DNA of 63,892 nucleotides, the filler included, from Asterionella formosa (taxonomy: Eukaryota): the NCBI GenBank assembly GCA_002256025.1. It is 15 parts of 15 records of this genome, joined end to end, with 100 filler letters (N's around TTAATTAATTAA, not from the genome) between each part and the next. Parts side by side here need not be neighbours in the genome. Positions count along the whole stretch, not along the records: positions 62,527 to 63,892 come from NKIB01002806.1; 14 more parts are not named here. One strand, written 5' to 3'. The notes beneath the pieces were generated by a model that searched no databases, was not told the origin of the DNA, and saw nothing but the letters and a program-made list of their open reading frames with translations. Shown here piece by piece: positions 63,090-63,892 of the stretch (position 1 is its first letter; the number at the start of each line of letters is the position of its first letter). A program made the translations under genes and the position numbers.

Positions 63090-63892
63090 TTAGATCCATT
63101 CAAAATCAATGTCGTCATCAATGTCCCGTTGATTAATGCGTTCATTGCAATCAATATTCTTCTCAAGAACATTTGGTTGAAAAGGTTCAACATATTGATG
63201 CATATCCTCTTTACTTACGTTGGGAAATGAGAAGTATGAGTTTGGGTAGATGATATTTGTTCCGAAAGTAGCAATTCCACTAGGATTCCTTCCATATTCA
63301 GATCGATTCTTTTGTGAAAGTCCAGTGTAGATTTCCTTATAATAACCGAGTAAATCATCAGTCAATTTATCAGTGAAACCATTTGAAACTGAACTTTCTT
63401 CCCTCACACTTTTTTGATAAGTGGTTTCCCACCAATGTCGACAAAATCGGTAGAATGACGAATATCGTTCTCTGAGATTTCATGTGTATCTGGATTGAAA
63501 CCCACATATTTTTGATGCAATCGGAATTTTCCTTTCAGCACCAAGACGCAAAAGGCTTCTGTACTGGCATTGATCAGCGAACCAACAAAACGTGTTTGCA
63601 ATTCACACTGTGCCCGAAGACTTAGTTGAAATTTGGCTTGGTCACACCAGATTTGTCTACTGTTAAAAATGGTTTTCCACGGCTTGTCCTGCCTATAAAA
63701 TAAACTGGAGCAAGGACGCACATCACGCCAGACTTGGCATCCTTGGCTTCCCCTGTCAATTTCCCTTGACTGCGCAAAACGATAAAGCGTGAACACCACC
63801 TAATAAAGTCATCAATATCCATAGTCTGGAAGTTATATTTTGTTAAACCAGCTGGTGTGTCGTGAATTATGTTAGCATTTTGAAATTGAAAC
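63090..63892 (-). pseudogene. Frameshifted ORF of unknown family, possibly TE-derived
   Basis: Three overlapping same-strand ORFs (63822-63622, 63799-63404, 63407-63090) look like one broken reading frame. No motif recognised. Confidence 0.35.

Overview
Eukaryotic nuclear DNA, very likely a diatom. This is inferred from short GT-AG introns, an ASAF plastid-targeting motif, diatom-type LRR and M11 proteins, and TTAGGG repeats. The window is not one locus. It is 15 unlinked pieces joined by an artificial 100-bp spacer (N44-TTAATTAATTAA-N44): two ~22-kb scaffolds (1-22360, 22461-44803) and thirteen ~1.37-kb contigs. Scaffold 1 holds a divergent pair of paralogous secreted proteins built from a 4-Cys SEA-like repeat and one hypothetical gene. 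It also holds many small elements: a Helitron 3' end, a Stowaway-like MITE, a tRNA-derived SINE with a 16-bp TSD, a deleted copia and a gypsy gag. Scaffold 2 holds an M11 metalloprotease, a METTL21-like methyltransferase, a PNGase-ILEI-like-nucleoredoxin-PUB fusion, a WW/TM/coiled-coil protein, a plastid-targeted hypothetical protein and RACK1. The short contigs are mostly TE fragments: copia, Harbinger, and a Mutator/Kolobok-like transposase next to a P2X7-ballast-like ORF. They also include a truncated PGRL1 exon carrying a TA-to-TACCGGTA insertion, and two variants of an LRR gene that differ mainly at exposed LRR residues. All family calls come from motif recognition by eye; no searches were run.
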